The notes under the pieces: generated by a model
What the model was told of the DNA's origin: nothing
What the model saw: only the letters and a program-made list of their open reading frames with translations
The model's database searches: none
Shown here: piece after piece, positions 24,501 to 35,571 of the stretch
How positions within the stretch are numbered: the first letter of the stretch is position 1
Layout of the letters: each line of letters begins with the position of its first letter
DNA from: Macrostomum lignano
Lineage: Eukaryota
Direction: 5' to 3'
DNA: 64,000 bases
Assembly: GCA_002269645.1 (NCBI GenBank)
Contig: NIVC01001867.1
Location: 1 to 64,000, forward strand
Made by a program: the position numbers and the translations under genes

Positions 24501-25145
24501 GAAGAGGAAGATTGGGTCAGGAAAAGGGAGGGTGAGTCAGGAAGAGGGAGGGTGAGTCAGGAAGAGGGAGGGTGGGTCAGGAAGAGGGAGATTGGGTCAG
24601 GAAAAGGGAGGGTGAGTCAGGAAGAGGGAGGGTGAGTCAGGAAGAGGGAGGGTGGGTCAGGAAGAGGAAGATTGGGTCAGGAAAAGGGAGGGTGAGTCAG
24701 GAAGAGGGAGGGTGAGTCAGGAAGAGGGAGGGTGAGTCAGGAAGAGGGAGGGTGAGTCAGGAAGAGGGAGGGTGAGTCAGGAAGAGGGAGGGTGAGTCAG
24801 GAAGAGGGAGGGTGAGTCAGGAAGAGGGAGGGTGAGTCAGGAAGAGGAAGATTGGGTCAGGAAAAGGGAGGGTGAGTCAGGAAGAGGGAGGGTGGGTCAG
24901 GAAGAGGAAGATTGGGTCAGGAAAAGGGAGGGTGAGTCAGGAAGAGGGAGGGTGAGTCAGGAAGAGGGAGGGTGAGTCAGGAAGAGGAAGATTGGGTCAG
25001 GAAAAGGGAGGGTGAGTCAGGAAGAGGGAGGGTGAGTCAGGAAGAGGGAGGGTGAGTCAGGAAGAGGAAGATTGGGTCAGGAAAAGGGAGGGTGAGTCAG
25101 GAAGAGGAAGATTGGGTCAGGAAAAGGGAGAGTGAGTCAGGAAGA
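21595..25145. repeat. Purine-rich 20-bp satellite (GAAGAGGGAGGGTGAGTCAG and variants), ~3.5 kb, with higher-order patterning
   Basis: Stays in exact register with the 60-nt lines. About five unit variants recur in blocks; 21-bp divergent units at the left end. Confidence 0.97.
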
Positions 25146-25725
25146 AGGATAGTGGGTCGGGAAGTGGGAAATAGGACAGGAAAGGATCGAGTGAGGGAAT
25201 TTAAACAGCAGATTCTGTTGTCGCAGAATGCTGCAGTCAGTTCGGGTTGTTCAGCAGTGTTAGTAAACAAGATTGTTGGACAGTTCTGCCCGCCTTATAT
25301 ATTAATATTTTCTGTCAGCATTGTGAACACACTTGGGCCTGATCTGCATAAATATTAAAATAGCCCATTGCTTCGATGTACCGCTAGCCGGGTCTCGACT
25401 GCGACAGCAATATTCTCGATACAGCCTCGGTGCCTCGAATGAACCGAGTGACCGGATTTCTTCCCAACCAGCCCGCTCGGTGCGGTGCAGGCGGCTCTGC
25501 TTCAGCGAAAATTAATTATTACTCGGTTGCGAGCGTGATGGACGGATGCGTGGGTGCCGGGGTGGCCTGAAATCACTGGGCCAACACTCCGCGCTTCAAA
25601 AGTATCAAAAAGATGCACTAATTTTAGCTTTTGGGAAGCTGCATGGCTGCACAATATGCGCTACATTGTGACTGCCTGTCGGGTTCTGCTGCGAATGCGA
25701 ACGAGCCATGGGGTAGTCTTGGGCG

Positions 25726-27231
25726 ACAGCTCAGTCAGCAGTGTGTCAGGCAGCTCAGTCAGCAGTGTGTCAGGCAGCTCAGTCAGCAGTGTGTCAGGCA
25801 GCTCAGTCAGCAATGTGTCAGACAGCACAGTCAGCAGTGTGTCAGACAGCACAGCAGTGTGTCAGACAGCACAGTCAGCAGTGTGTCAGACAGCACAGTC
25901 AGCAGCGTGTCAGACAGCACAGTCAGCAGTGTGTCAGACAACTCAGTCAGCAGTGTGTCAGACAGCTCAGTCAGCAGTGTGTCAGACAGCACAGTCAGCA
26001 GTGTGTCAGACAGCACAGTCAGCAGTGTGTCAGGCAGCTCAGTCAGCAGTGTGTCAGACAGCTCAGTCAGCAGTGTGTCAGGCAGCTCAGTCAGCAGTGT
26101 GTCAGACAGCTCAGTCAGCAGTGTGTCAGACAGCTCAGTCGGCAGTGTGTCAGACAGCTCAGTCAGCAGTGTGTCAGACAGCTCAGTCAGTGTGTCAGAC
26201 AGGACAGTCAGTGTGTCAGACAGCTCAGTCAGTGTGTCAGACAGCACAGTCAGCAGTGTGTCAGACAGCTTAGTCAGCAGTGTGTCAGACAGCTCAGTCA
26301 GCAGTGTGTCAGACAGCTCAGTCAGCAGTGTGTCAGACAGCTCAGTCGGCAGTGTGTCAGACAGCTCAGTCAGCAGTGTGTCAGACAGCTCAGTCAGCAG
26401 TGTGTCAGGCAGCTCAGTCAGCAGTGTGTCAGACAGCTCAGTCAGTGTATCAGACAGCTCAGTCAGTGTGTCAGACAGCTCAGTCAGCAGTGTGTCAGAC
26501 AGCTCAGTCAGCAGTGTGTCAGACAGCTCAGTCAGCAGTGTGTCAGACAGCTCAGTCAGCAGTGTGTCAGACAGCTCAGTCAGCAGTGTGTCAGACAGCT
26601 CAGTTAGCAGTGTGTCAGACAGCTCAGTCAGCAGTGTGTCAGACAACTCAGTCAGTGTGTCAGACAGCTCAGTCAGTGTGTCAGACAGCTCAGTCAGCAG
26701 TGTGTCAGGCAGCTCAGTCAGCAGTGTGTCAGACAGCTCAGTCAGCAGTGTGTCAGGCAGCTCAGTCAGCAGTGTGTCAGACAGCTCAGTCAGCAGTGTG
26801 TCAGACAGCTCAGTCAGCAGTGTGTCAGACAGCTCAGTCAGTGTGTCAGACAGGACAGTCAGTGTGTCAGACAGCTCAGTCAGTGTGTCAGACAGCACAG
26901 TCAGCAGTGTGTCAGACAGCTTAGTCAGCAGTGTGTCAGACAGCTCAGTCAGCAGTGTGTCAGACAGCTCAGTCAGCAGTGTGTCAGACAGCTCAGTCAG
27001 CAGTGTGTCAGACAGCTCAGTCAGCAGTGTGTCAGACAGCTCAGTCAGCAGTGTGTCAGACAGCTCAGTCAGCAGTGTGTCAGGCAGCTCAGTCAGCAGT
27101 GTGTCAGACAGCTCAGTCAGCAGTGTGTCAGACAGCTCAGTCAGCAGTGTGTCAGGCAGCTCAGTCAGCAGTGTGTCAGACAGCTCAGTCAGCAGTGTGT
27201 CAGACAGCTCAGTCAGCAGTGTGTCAGACAG
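25726..27231 (+). repeat. 24/21-bp minisatellite (CAGCAGTGTGTCAGACAGCTCAGT)
   Basis: Direct tandem units; source of the SVSSVSD/QCVRQ/VCQTAQ pseudo-ORFs. Confidence 0.95.
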
Positions 27232-27656
27232 CAGAGGCACTGAATATGTCCCAAGGCCTAGCTACATGAGCCGGTATATATGCGTATTATGGAGCTGTTT
27301 AATCACCTAACACGCAGCTTTTACGTCTACAATATCAAATTATCAGCACAAGATGCTGCATTTGCTTATCCCTTATCAGTCAGCCAGGCATAAGCCGGGG
27401 ATCAGGTCACCTGTCCTCCTACAGCCCGACTCCTCTTGCACATCCTGTCTGCACATCCCCATCTGCAGCCCTGGTCATTTGCTGCACCGGTCGGCACCGA
27501 GACATGATGAGGAGGCCTGTTCGCTGTCTGGGGCTCAGCCTCTTGACTCGAAATCAGTGCTGCCAGAATCGGCTGGGTTTTCGAAGTCCACTGCAGCTCC
27601 CCTCTCTCCCGGGATTTCTTCGCCAAGTTCAGCTTTCGCTTCCCCGAAATTGGATT

Positions 27657-30210
27657 TCAAAAAGCAGGCAGCAGCCCCCCCCCAGTTCTTTCTCTCCTTC
27701 CCGCCCTCAGTGCAGCCGCGGCCGGCCAATCCCCAGTTTGGGTGGCGCTGGCGCAGTCCATTGGCCGGTCCCAGCGGGATCCGGGAAGTTGGCCAGGCCA
27801 AGGAAGTCGAAAAATCAGAGCCTGGAGTGCCAAGTGCGACACCCGCCCAGTTGAAAAATTTCTGACAAATTCAGATTGGCTCACCGACCGCTCGATTGGC
27901 TCAATGGATTTTTTAATTTAATCAAACCGAAGCTGTGAAAGCCTCAGTGAATGTGACACAGAAGCTGTGAAAGCTTCAGTGAATGTGACGCAGAAGCTGT
28001 GAAAACCTCAGTGAATGTGACACAGAAGCTGTGAAAGCCTCAGTGAATGTGACGCAGAAGCTGTGAAAGCCTCAGTGAATGTGACGCAGAAGCTGTGAAA
28101 GCTTCAGTGAATGTGACGCAGAAGCTGTGAAAGCCTCGCAGAAGCTGTGAATGTGACGCAGAAGCTGTGAAAGCCTCAGTGAATGTGACGCAGAAGCTGT
28201 GAAAGTCTCAGTGAATGTGACGCAGAAGCTGTGAAAACCTCAGTGAATGTGACGCAGAAGCTGTGAAAGCCTCAGTGAATGTGACGCAGAAGCTGTGAAA
28301 GCCTCAGTGAATGTGACGCAGAAGCTGTGAAAGCCTCAGTGAATGTGACGCAGAAGCTGTGAAAGCCTCAGTGAATGTGACGCAGAAGCTGTGAAAACCT
28401 CAGTGAATGTGACGCAGAAGCTGTGAAAGCCTCAGTGAATGTGACGCAGAAGCTGTGAAAACCTCAGTGAATGTGACGCAGAAGCTGTGAAAACCTCAGT
28501 GAATGTGACGCAGAAGCTTTGAAAGCCTCAGTGAATGTGACGCAGAAGCTGTGAAAGCCTCAGTGAATGTGACGCAGAAGCTGTGAAAGTCTCAGTGAAT
28601 GTGACGCAGAAGCTGTGAAAGCCTCAGTGAATGTGACGCAGAAGCTGTGAAAGCCTCAGTGAATATGACGCAGAAGCTGTGAAAGCCTCAGTGAATGTGA
28701 CGCAGAAGCTGTGAATGTGACGCAGAAGCCACCACACCAGCCTGTAGTAGTCTCGCAATGCTGACTCCATGTCCTGGTTGTGGGCCTCCTTGGCCGCGCC
28801 TGCAGCGGAAGGGGAGGGGAGAGCGAATGGGGGGGCACAGGTATAAATCTCGCAGGCGAACATCTGGTCCCCACTGCCTCAACCCCGAGTTCTCTCTCCA
28901 TCAACCCATAGAGCCGGCAAATCGTCTTTCTGCTCCTGGAAGCGGCAAAAGCAATTTGGCAAAATGAGCAATCTCACCGGCGCGAACGCCAGCGAGGGTG
29001 AGTTGGTGGGCACTGAGCAAAATGCACTTTTACTATCTGATTAGTATGATCAGTAAGGGCTTTCCGCTTCAGTTGTGGCTTGCCGGCTCCCGCACTCGGC
29101 AGCTTTGAGCGGCCAGGTGGAACAAAACCAGCTGTCTGACACACTGACTGTCCTATCTGACACACTGACTGTCCTGTCTGACACACTGACTGTCCTGTCT
29201 GACACACTGACTGAGCTGTCTGACACACTGACTGAGCTGTCTGACACACTGACTGTCCTGTCTGACACACTGACTGTCCTGTCTGACACACTGACTGTCC
29301 TGTCTGACACACTGACTGTCCTGTCTGACACACTGACTGTCCTGTCTGACACACTGACTGTCTTGTCTGACACACTGACTGTGCTGTCTGACACACTGAC
29401 TGTCCTGTCTGACACACTGCTGACTGTGCTGTCTGACACACTGACTGTCCTGTCTGACACACTGCTGACTATGCTGTCTGACACACTGACTGTCCTGTCT
29501 GACACACTGCTGACTATGCTGTCTGACACACTGACTGTCCTGTCTGACACACTGACTGTCCTGTCTGACACACTGCTGACTGTGCTGTCTGACACACTGA
29601 CTGTCCTGTCTGACACACTGCTGACTGTGCTGTCTGACACACTGCTGACTGTCCTGTCTGACACACTGCTGACTGTGCTGTCTGACACACTGCTGACTGT
29701 GCTGTCTGACACACTGCTGACTGTCCTGTCTGACACACTGACTGTGCTGTCTGACACACTGCTGACTGTCCTGTCTGACACACTGACTGTCCTGTCTGAC
29801 ACACTGACTGTGCTGTCTGACACACTGCTGACTGTCCTGTCTGACACACTGACTGTCCTGTCTGACACACTGACTGTCCTGTCTGACACACTGCTGACTG
29901 TGTGCTATCTGACACACTGCTGACTGTGCTGTCTGACACACTGCTGACTGTGCTGTCTGACAAACTGCTGACGGTGGTGTCTGACACACTGCTGACTGCT
30001 TCCTGACGCTGCTGCCACTGATCTGGTGGGATGTGAGGAGGTCATGACGGCTTGCATTTCCAGTTGGAATTTCGCTTGCTGCACCAGTGCGGGTCTCGTG
30101 ACAGCGGGGCTGACGTCCTCCTGTCTTGGCCCCGCATCCCCGGCACTGCCAAGCATCACTGAGGCCGAACTGCCCTCAATCCGGACCTCTACCCGATGAA
30201 GCTGAGGAGG
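27657..30210 (-). CDS. Putative small exons of an unidentified minus-strand gene (UBA-like helix pattern)
   Basis: Candidate exons 30210-30193, 29012-28978 and 28799-28738 have AG/GT boundaries and compatible phases, giving LLSFIGAHQLTLAGVRAGAAKEAHNQDMESALRDYYRL. The next acceptor is at 27821. The start and the true last exon are unresolved. Confidence 0.3.
27929..28729. repeat. 32-bp minisatellite (GAAGCTGTGAAAGCCTCAGTGAATGTGACGCA)
   Basis: About 25 tandem units. Confidence 0.95.
29131..30000 (-). repeat. 21/24-bp minisatellite, reverse-complement relative of the 25726-27231 array
   Basis: Unit CTGTCTGACACACTGACTGT(C/G) is the reverse complement of the ACAGTCAGTGTGTCAGACAG units in the left array. 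Confidence 0.93.
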
Positions 30211-30557
30211 CTGGGAAGGATTCTAGCAAAATATTTTCCGAAGTGTCTCTAGCGGCTCCGTCACTGAGAAGCCGCTGCGTGGGCCGGTGGCTCAGCTTCC
30301 CTGGAATTTTCGAAAATTTGCCAGCAAATCCTTTGACAAGGCCGAAGCGACGCTGCTTTGAACAATGCGCAGTTCTGCCTTTGATTCTTTGAAATTGAAT
30401 CCCCAATTCATTTCCCGTCTCAATGCCGAGTCGGAATTGATTCTCAGCATCACGGCACTCCGATGGGGAAGGCGGCTTAAGCAGCTGAATTTGAAGTTCC
30501 GCTTTCCCGAGCATTTTTCCCACAGTCGTAAATTTTATTTGCAGGCTGCAAAATTTG

Positions 30558-30686
30558 CAACCCTGTAGTGATGATCTGATGAAGCCACTGCAGTCATCGG
30601 CAACCCTGTAGTGATGATCTGATGAAGCCACTGCAGTCATCGGCAACCCTGTAGTGATGATCTGATGAAGCCACTGCAGTCATCGG
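30558..30686. repeat. Three copies of a 43-bp unit starting at a CAACCCTG (hAT-like TIR end) motif
   Basis: CAACCCTGTAGTGATGATCTGATGAAGCCACTGCAGTCATCGG at 30558, 30601 and 30644. Confidence 0.85.
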
Positions 30687-31134
30687 CCAGCGGAAACTTG
30701 CTTTGCAGATATCGGCTACGGGCTGGGTCACGCGGTGCACGTGATTAGAGTCCCCGGAGCAGCAGGTGCACAGCCGTCCGAAGACGGCTTTGACCTTTGA
30801 ATGAACCCCCACCACCTGTACCCGCCTCTGTCAATGATTTTCCAACAGGCGCCTTTGCCTTTCAGTGCTTCTGCCTTGAATGCCTAATGACTTCCTGCAT
30901 TCTGAAGACAGAATTTTTCCTAATTACAACATAATATAAAATTCAAAAAAAATTCTCTTCAAAAAGACGACTGCTCGTCTGATCCGTTCGGGCAGTTTGC
31001 ATGACTCACTATTGGGCCGTCACGAGAAACTCTGGGGCTTCAGTCATTGACAGTTGAAGTCGCAGATCATATCTTCGGCAGCTTGGGTCATAAATAATTT
31101 TTGCGTAACACACAGTATACTGATCATTTACTTA

Positions 31135-31803
31135 GGCCACAGACAGCTTGGGCCACAGACAGCTTGGGTCACAGACAGCTTGGGCCACAGACAGCTTGGG
31201 CCACAGACAGCTTGGGCCACAGACAGCTTGGGCCACAGACAGCTTGGGCCACAGACAGCTTGGGCCACAGACAGCTTGGGCCACAGACAGCTTGGGCCAC
31301 AGACAGCTTGGGCCACAGACAGTTTGGGCCACAGACAGCTTGGGTCACAGACAGCTTGGGTCACAGACAGCTTGGGCCACAGACAGCTTGGGCCACGGAC
31401 AGCTTGGGCCACGGACAGCTTGGGCCACAGACAGCTTGGGCCACAGACAGCTTGGGTCATACACAGCTTGGGTCATACACAGCTTGGGTCATACACAGCT
31501 TAGGTCATACACAGCTTGAGTCATACACAGCTTGGGTCATACACGGCTTAGGTCATACACAGCTTGGGTCATACACAGCTTAGGTCATACACAGCTTGGG
31601 TCATACACAGCTTGGGTCATACACAGCTTGGGTCATACACAGCTTGGGTCATACACAGCTTGGCTCATACACAGCTTGGGTCATACACAGCTTGGCTCAT
31701 ACACAGCTTGGGTCATACACAGCTTGGCTCATACACAGCTTGGCTCATACACGGCTTGGCTCATACACAGCTTAGGTCATACACAGCTTGGGTCATACAC
31801 AGC
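31135..31803. repeat. 16-bp minisatellite (CAGCTTGGGCCACAGA grading to CAGCTTGGGTCATACA) upstream of the GPCR acceptor
   Basis: Direct tandem units ending ~30 bp before the CCTTTCGCAG acceptor. Confidence 0.95.
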
Positions 31804-31833
31804 TCGTCCCGTCCCCGCCCCCTCCTTTCGCAG

Positions 31834-32864
31834 CGAACCTCTCCGACCACGAAGGGAAATGGCACTGCGGCGTCAGCATCGAGAACCACCTCGAGCGCCT
31901 GTCTGAGATCTCTCAAACCGGAGACAACGTCATTGTGGCTGTCTACCTGCTGGTGACCTCCGCCGGTCTCCTTGGAAACAGCCTCATCCTCCTGGTCAGC
32001 ATCCGTGCCAGGCAGTATCGCCGGTCCGCGGTGCACACTTACGTGACCCACCTTGCCGCCGCCGACCTGTTCTTCCTGGCCATCTGCGCCCCGGTGCACA
32101 CCATCGTGTTCTTCTGGGCCAGTGCCTGGCCTCTGGGTGACCCCATGTGCAAACTTCTGCACTTCCTGCAGCCGCTGGCCATGCACGCCTCCGCCGCCTT
32201 CCTCACCGCCATGGCCGTCGACCGCTGCCTGTCCGTCTCCGGCCTCGGCAGCGCCGCCGGCCTCGGAGTGGCGGGCTCGATGCGCGGCTCCCAGCTCGCG
32301 GCCGCCGCTCCGCGCTACGCAGGTGCTCTGTGGGCCGGCGCCGTACTGGTGGCGCTGCCCTGGCCGCTGGTGTACCGGGTGAAGAATGGCGTCTGCACCT
32401 ACGAGCTGTCCGAGCAGTACGGCCCGCTCAAGATCGGCCTGTTCGCCGGCCGCGCCACGCTGGGCTACGCCGTGCCGTTCGTCATCATCGCCTTCTGCTC
32501 GGTGCGGATGCTGCGCCGCCTGTGGCGCTTCGGCCGGCACCGCGGCGCCGCCAACAGTCGGCGCGTCATCGCCCTGGTTGTGGCGCTGGTCTTCTCCTTC
32601 TTCATCTGCTGGCTGCCGCTGCACGTCGCCGACATCGTCACCGCCTTCTTCGTCTGTCGGGTGTTCTTCCTGCCCGACGTCTCGGCCGCCAACCTGATGG
32701 CGCTGAACCGCTTCAACCAGCTGACCATCCTGCTGTCCTATTGCAACGCCTGCGCCAACCCCGCCATCTACAGCTGCCTGTCTGAGAGCTTCCGGCGCGG
32801 GCTGTACCAGATCCTGGCCAGGACAGGCCGGGCCAGGGCGAACCGAGCCAGGCGGCCCGTCTGA
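31834..32864 (+). CDS. Class A (rhodopsin-like) neuropeptide GPCR, galanin/allatostatin/somatostatin-receptor-like; main exon
   Basis: Seven hydrophobic segments with GN (TM1), HLAAADL (TM2), WPLG..MCK, AVDRC (DRY variant), CWLP and NPAIY. A phase-1 acceptor at 31833 and an NLS sequon imply a short upstream coding exon that I could not place. Confidence 0.88.
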
Positions 32865-32944
32865 GCCATCAGGCCTCCCAAGGCGTGCGAGGCTGAGTTT
32901 GATAAATTTTGTCTAGATTCAGCCAATCAAGCTGGACCATTTAG

Positions 32945-33092
32945 TCACCCACCTCAGCCTCCGCGATCTCGCCAGCCAATCCGGTGGCAGCACAGAATCA
33001 CCCACCTCAGCCTCCGCGATCTCGCCAGCCAATCAGGTGGCAGCACAGAATCACCCACCTCAGCCTCCGCGATCTCGCCAGCCAATCCGGTG
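32945..33092. repeat. Three copies of a 53-bp unit downstream of the GPCR
   Basis: TCACCCACCTCAGCCTCCGCGATCTCGCCAGCCAATC at 32945, 32998 and 33051. Confidence 0.85.
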
Positions 33093-33904
33093 GAGGGATC
33101 AACATACCGATTCCATATTGGTGTAAAACTCATTGACTGAAAGCACCAGCTTATATAAACTTTTACCTGTGTTTTGCAATCGGACTACGAGTACTGATCG
33201 TTTCTCTGTGTTGTGCATGTAAAATAATTTCTGTTTGATGTTTTTCACTGGGCATCAATGCAAGCTCGCGAGACCGGAGCATCTGACACGCTTCAAATAT
33301 TCCAGCCTGCTTTGCTTAGCACCTGTTGTTTTGGCGAGTTCCCCGACCTCTTAGGCCCAGGACTTTCTACTCGTAGTAGTCTCCGTACTGTGGTGTTCAA
33401 GGCTTCTGTGCAGGGAACAGCGCCATCTGGCGAGCCAGCTGCTATCGGTTTATTGTCGTCAAATAAATTCAATATTCAATCGCTGAATTTATGGGAATTT
33501 TCTTTTCATTTGCTTCAAAGCCGAACGCTAAAGACGTCAGAGAGCTTTTTTGGCAAGTAATTGGCGACTTCCCCTGCAGCTGGCTGGCGAGGGTCTGCGC
33601 CAATCTCAAGTATTCGCCTCGGGGTAGAATGACATTCGCATGATACGAGGTAATTTTTGAGCACGATTACGACTGGGTGGATAAGACTTGGGGATGGAGA
33701 GCAAGAGCGTACATGAGTAAGAATGTGCAGCGAAACATTGTACATGTAGAAAGGCGCACGTAGTGAAACGGATAAAAACACCAACTCCAAAACACTGAAT
33801 AAAGTACATGGTAACAGCACTACTACAACTAGCTCAGCCAAGTCACCACAGAACTGATGCAGCTGTTCTGTAGAAAGTGCAGTCACAATTCTTTCAAATT
33901 ATTG

Positions 33905-34025
33905 CGCACTTGTACATTTCGCGCTTGGTCAATGTGCGCGCTTTGTCAATTTGCGCGCTTTGTCAATTTGCGCGTTTCGTTAGTTCGCGCTTCGTCTATA
34001 TGCGCGATTACAAGACGCGCTTTAA
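33905..34025. repeat. GCGCGCTTTGTCAATT-type short subrepeats, possibly a DNA-transposon terminus
   Basis: About six imperfect units ending in TTTAACC; no partner terminus seen. Confidence 0.35.
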
Positions 34026-34439
34026 CCTCACTATATCGCGCGCTACTGGATTAGCTCAGTCCAAGTAACAGCCCGACCGGAGTGCCGCCGCCCCCTGCAC
34101 GCCTGCTCTCAGCCTGGCGGCTGCGGATTATCGAAAATCCCTCCTGAGCCTCTCCGCTTGAGACTTTCCATCCGCTCCCCGCCCCCCCCCCAACCGAATC
34201 CTTTTGTCTCCGGCTCTGTTGAGCTGCCATGAGGAGGGGCAGCCGGGTGGGGCTGAGCCTGGGCTGCCCCGAAATCATTCCGCTACCAAATCCCTCTTTC
34301 GTAAGCTGATATTTTGCTATCATCAGAGGCGTACAAGTCCTGCCTTTGTTGGCGTTTTGCCCTGCTGGCAAACTTTGCTCCAGGGTCGCCGAGTGAGGAC
34401 AGACTGACTTGATGTCAGGAGTGCAACTTCTGCAGTCCC

Positions 34440-35195
34440 AGGGGTGAGTCAGGGGTGCCATTTTGATGTCAGGGGTGCCATTTTGATTCCAGGGGTGCCA
34501 TTTTGATGTCAGGGGTGCCATTTTGATTCCAGGGGTGCCGTTTTGATTTCAGGGGTGCCATTTTGATTCCAGGGGTGCCGCTTTGATTTCAGGGGTGCCA
34601 TTTTGATTCCAGGGGTGCCGTTTTGATTTCAGGGGTGCCATTTCTATGTCAGGGGTGGCATTTCTATGTCAGGGGCGCCATTTCTATGTCAGGGGTGGCA
34701 TTTCTATGTCAGGGGCGCCATTTCTATGTCAGGGGTGGCATTTCTATGTCAGGGGTGGCATTTCTATGTCAGGGGCGCTATTTCTATGTCAGGGGTGGCA
34801 TTTCTATGTCAGGGGTGGCAATTCTATGTCAGAGGCGCCATTTCTATGTTAGGAGCGCCATTTCTATGTCAGGGGCGCCATGTTGATGTCAGGGGTGCCA
34901 TTTTGATGTCAGGGGTGCCCTTTTTTGTCAGATGTGCCATTTTGATGTCAGGGGTGCCATTTTGATGTCAGGGGTGCCATGTTGATGTCAGGGGTGCCAT
35001 GTTGATGTCAGGGGTGCCATGTTGATGTCAGGGGTGCCATTTTGATGTCAGGGGTGCCATTTTGATGTCAGGGGTGCATTTTGATGTCAGGAGTGCCATG
35101 TTGATGTCAGGGGTGCCATGTTGATGTCAGGGGTGCATTTTGATGTCAGGGGTGCCATTTTGATGTCAGGGGTGCCCTTTTGATGTCAGGGGTGC
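34440..35195. repeat. 18-19 bp minisatellite (GGGGTGCCATTTTGATGTCA and variants)
   Basis: Direct tandem units with block-wise variants. Confidence 0.93.
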
Positions 35196-35571
35196 TTTTT
35201 GGTTTGAAGGTAGGAAAAAAATTTCTATTATTAAAGTTCCTGACCTTTTTTTTCATTTTGTCTCGGAGGTTGTTTCCGCGCTTCTGTTCTGATTGTTCGT
35301 TGCTGGCCTGGGAGGCGCCGTCAGCGAGGGGGGCGCAATCCGATCCCCGGCTCAGCCTGGAGGTCACGAGGCAGAAAAGAAAATCAATGGTTCAAGAAAA
35401 AATTAAGAAAAATTTCTACGCATTTTCTTCGTAAGCCACAATCAGTTTTGAAGAGGCTCTCCAAGTTCCGACACCTGTTTTGTGTTTTGACTCAAATTTT
35501 CGGCCTTTAACGGCTTGCTGAAAATCAGCAGTTTGCTGTTCCAGCGAAATGTGCAGCCTGCGGTTGGATTA

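Noticed and set aside
25554-27310. Long ORFs (559 aa SVSSVSD, QCVRQ, LTELSDT) resembling mucin or antifreeze proteins
   Set aside because: These are stop-free translations of a 24/21-bp minisatellite, open in most frames on both strands.
30558-30700. Hammerhead ribozyme (CTGATGA ... GAAA)
   Set aside because: No stem II closing pair next to GAAA, and no stems I/III could be formed.
31761-32785. Antisense and alternate-frame ORFs over the GPCR (likewise over ZAK, IFT46, CREB3-like and the last gene)
   Set aside because: Expected shadow ORFs of very GC-rich coding sequence.
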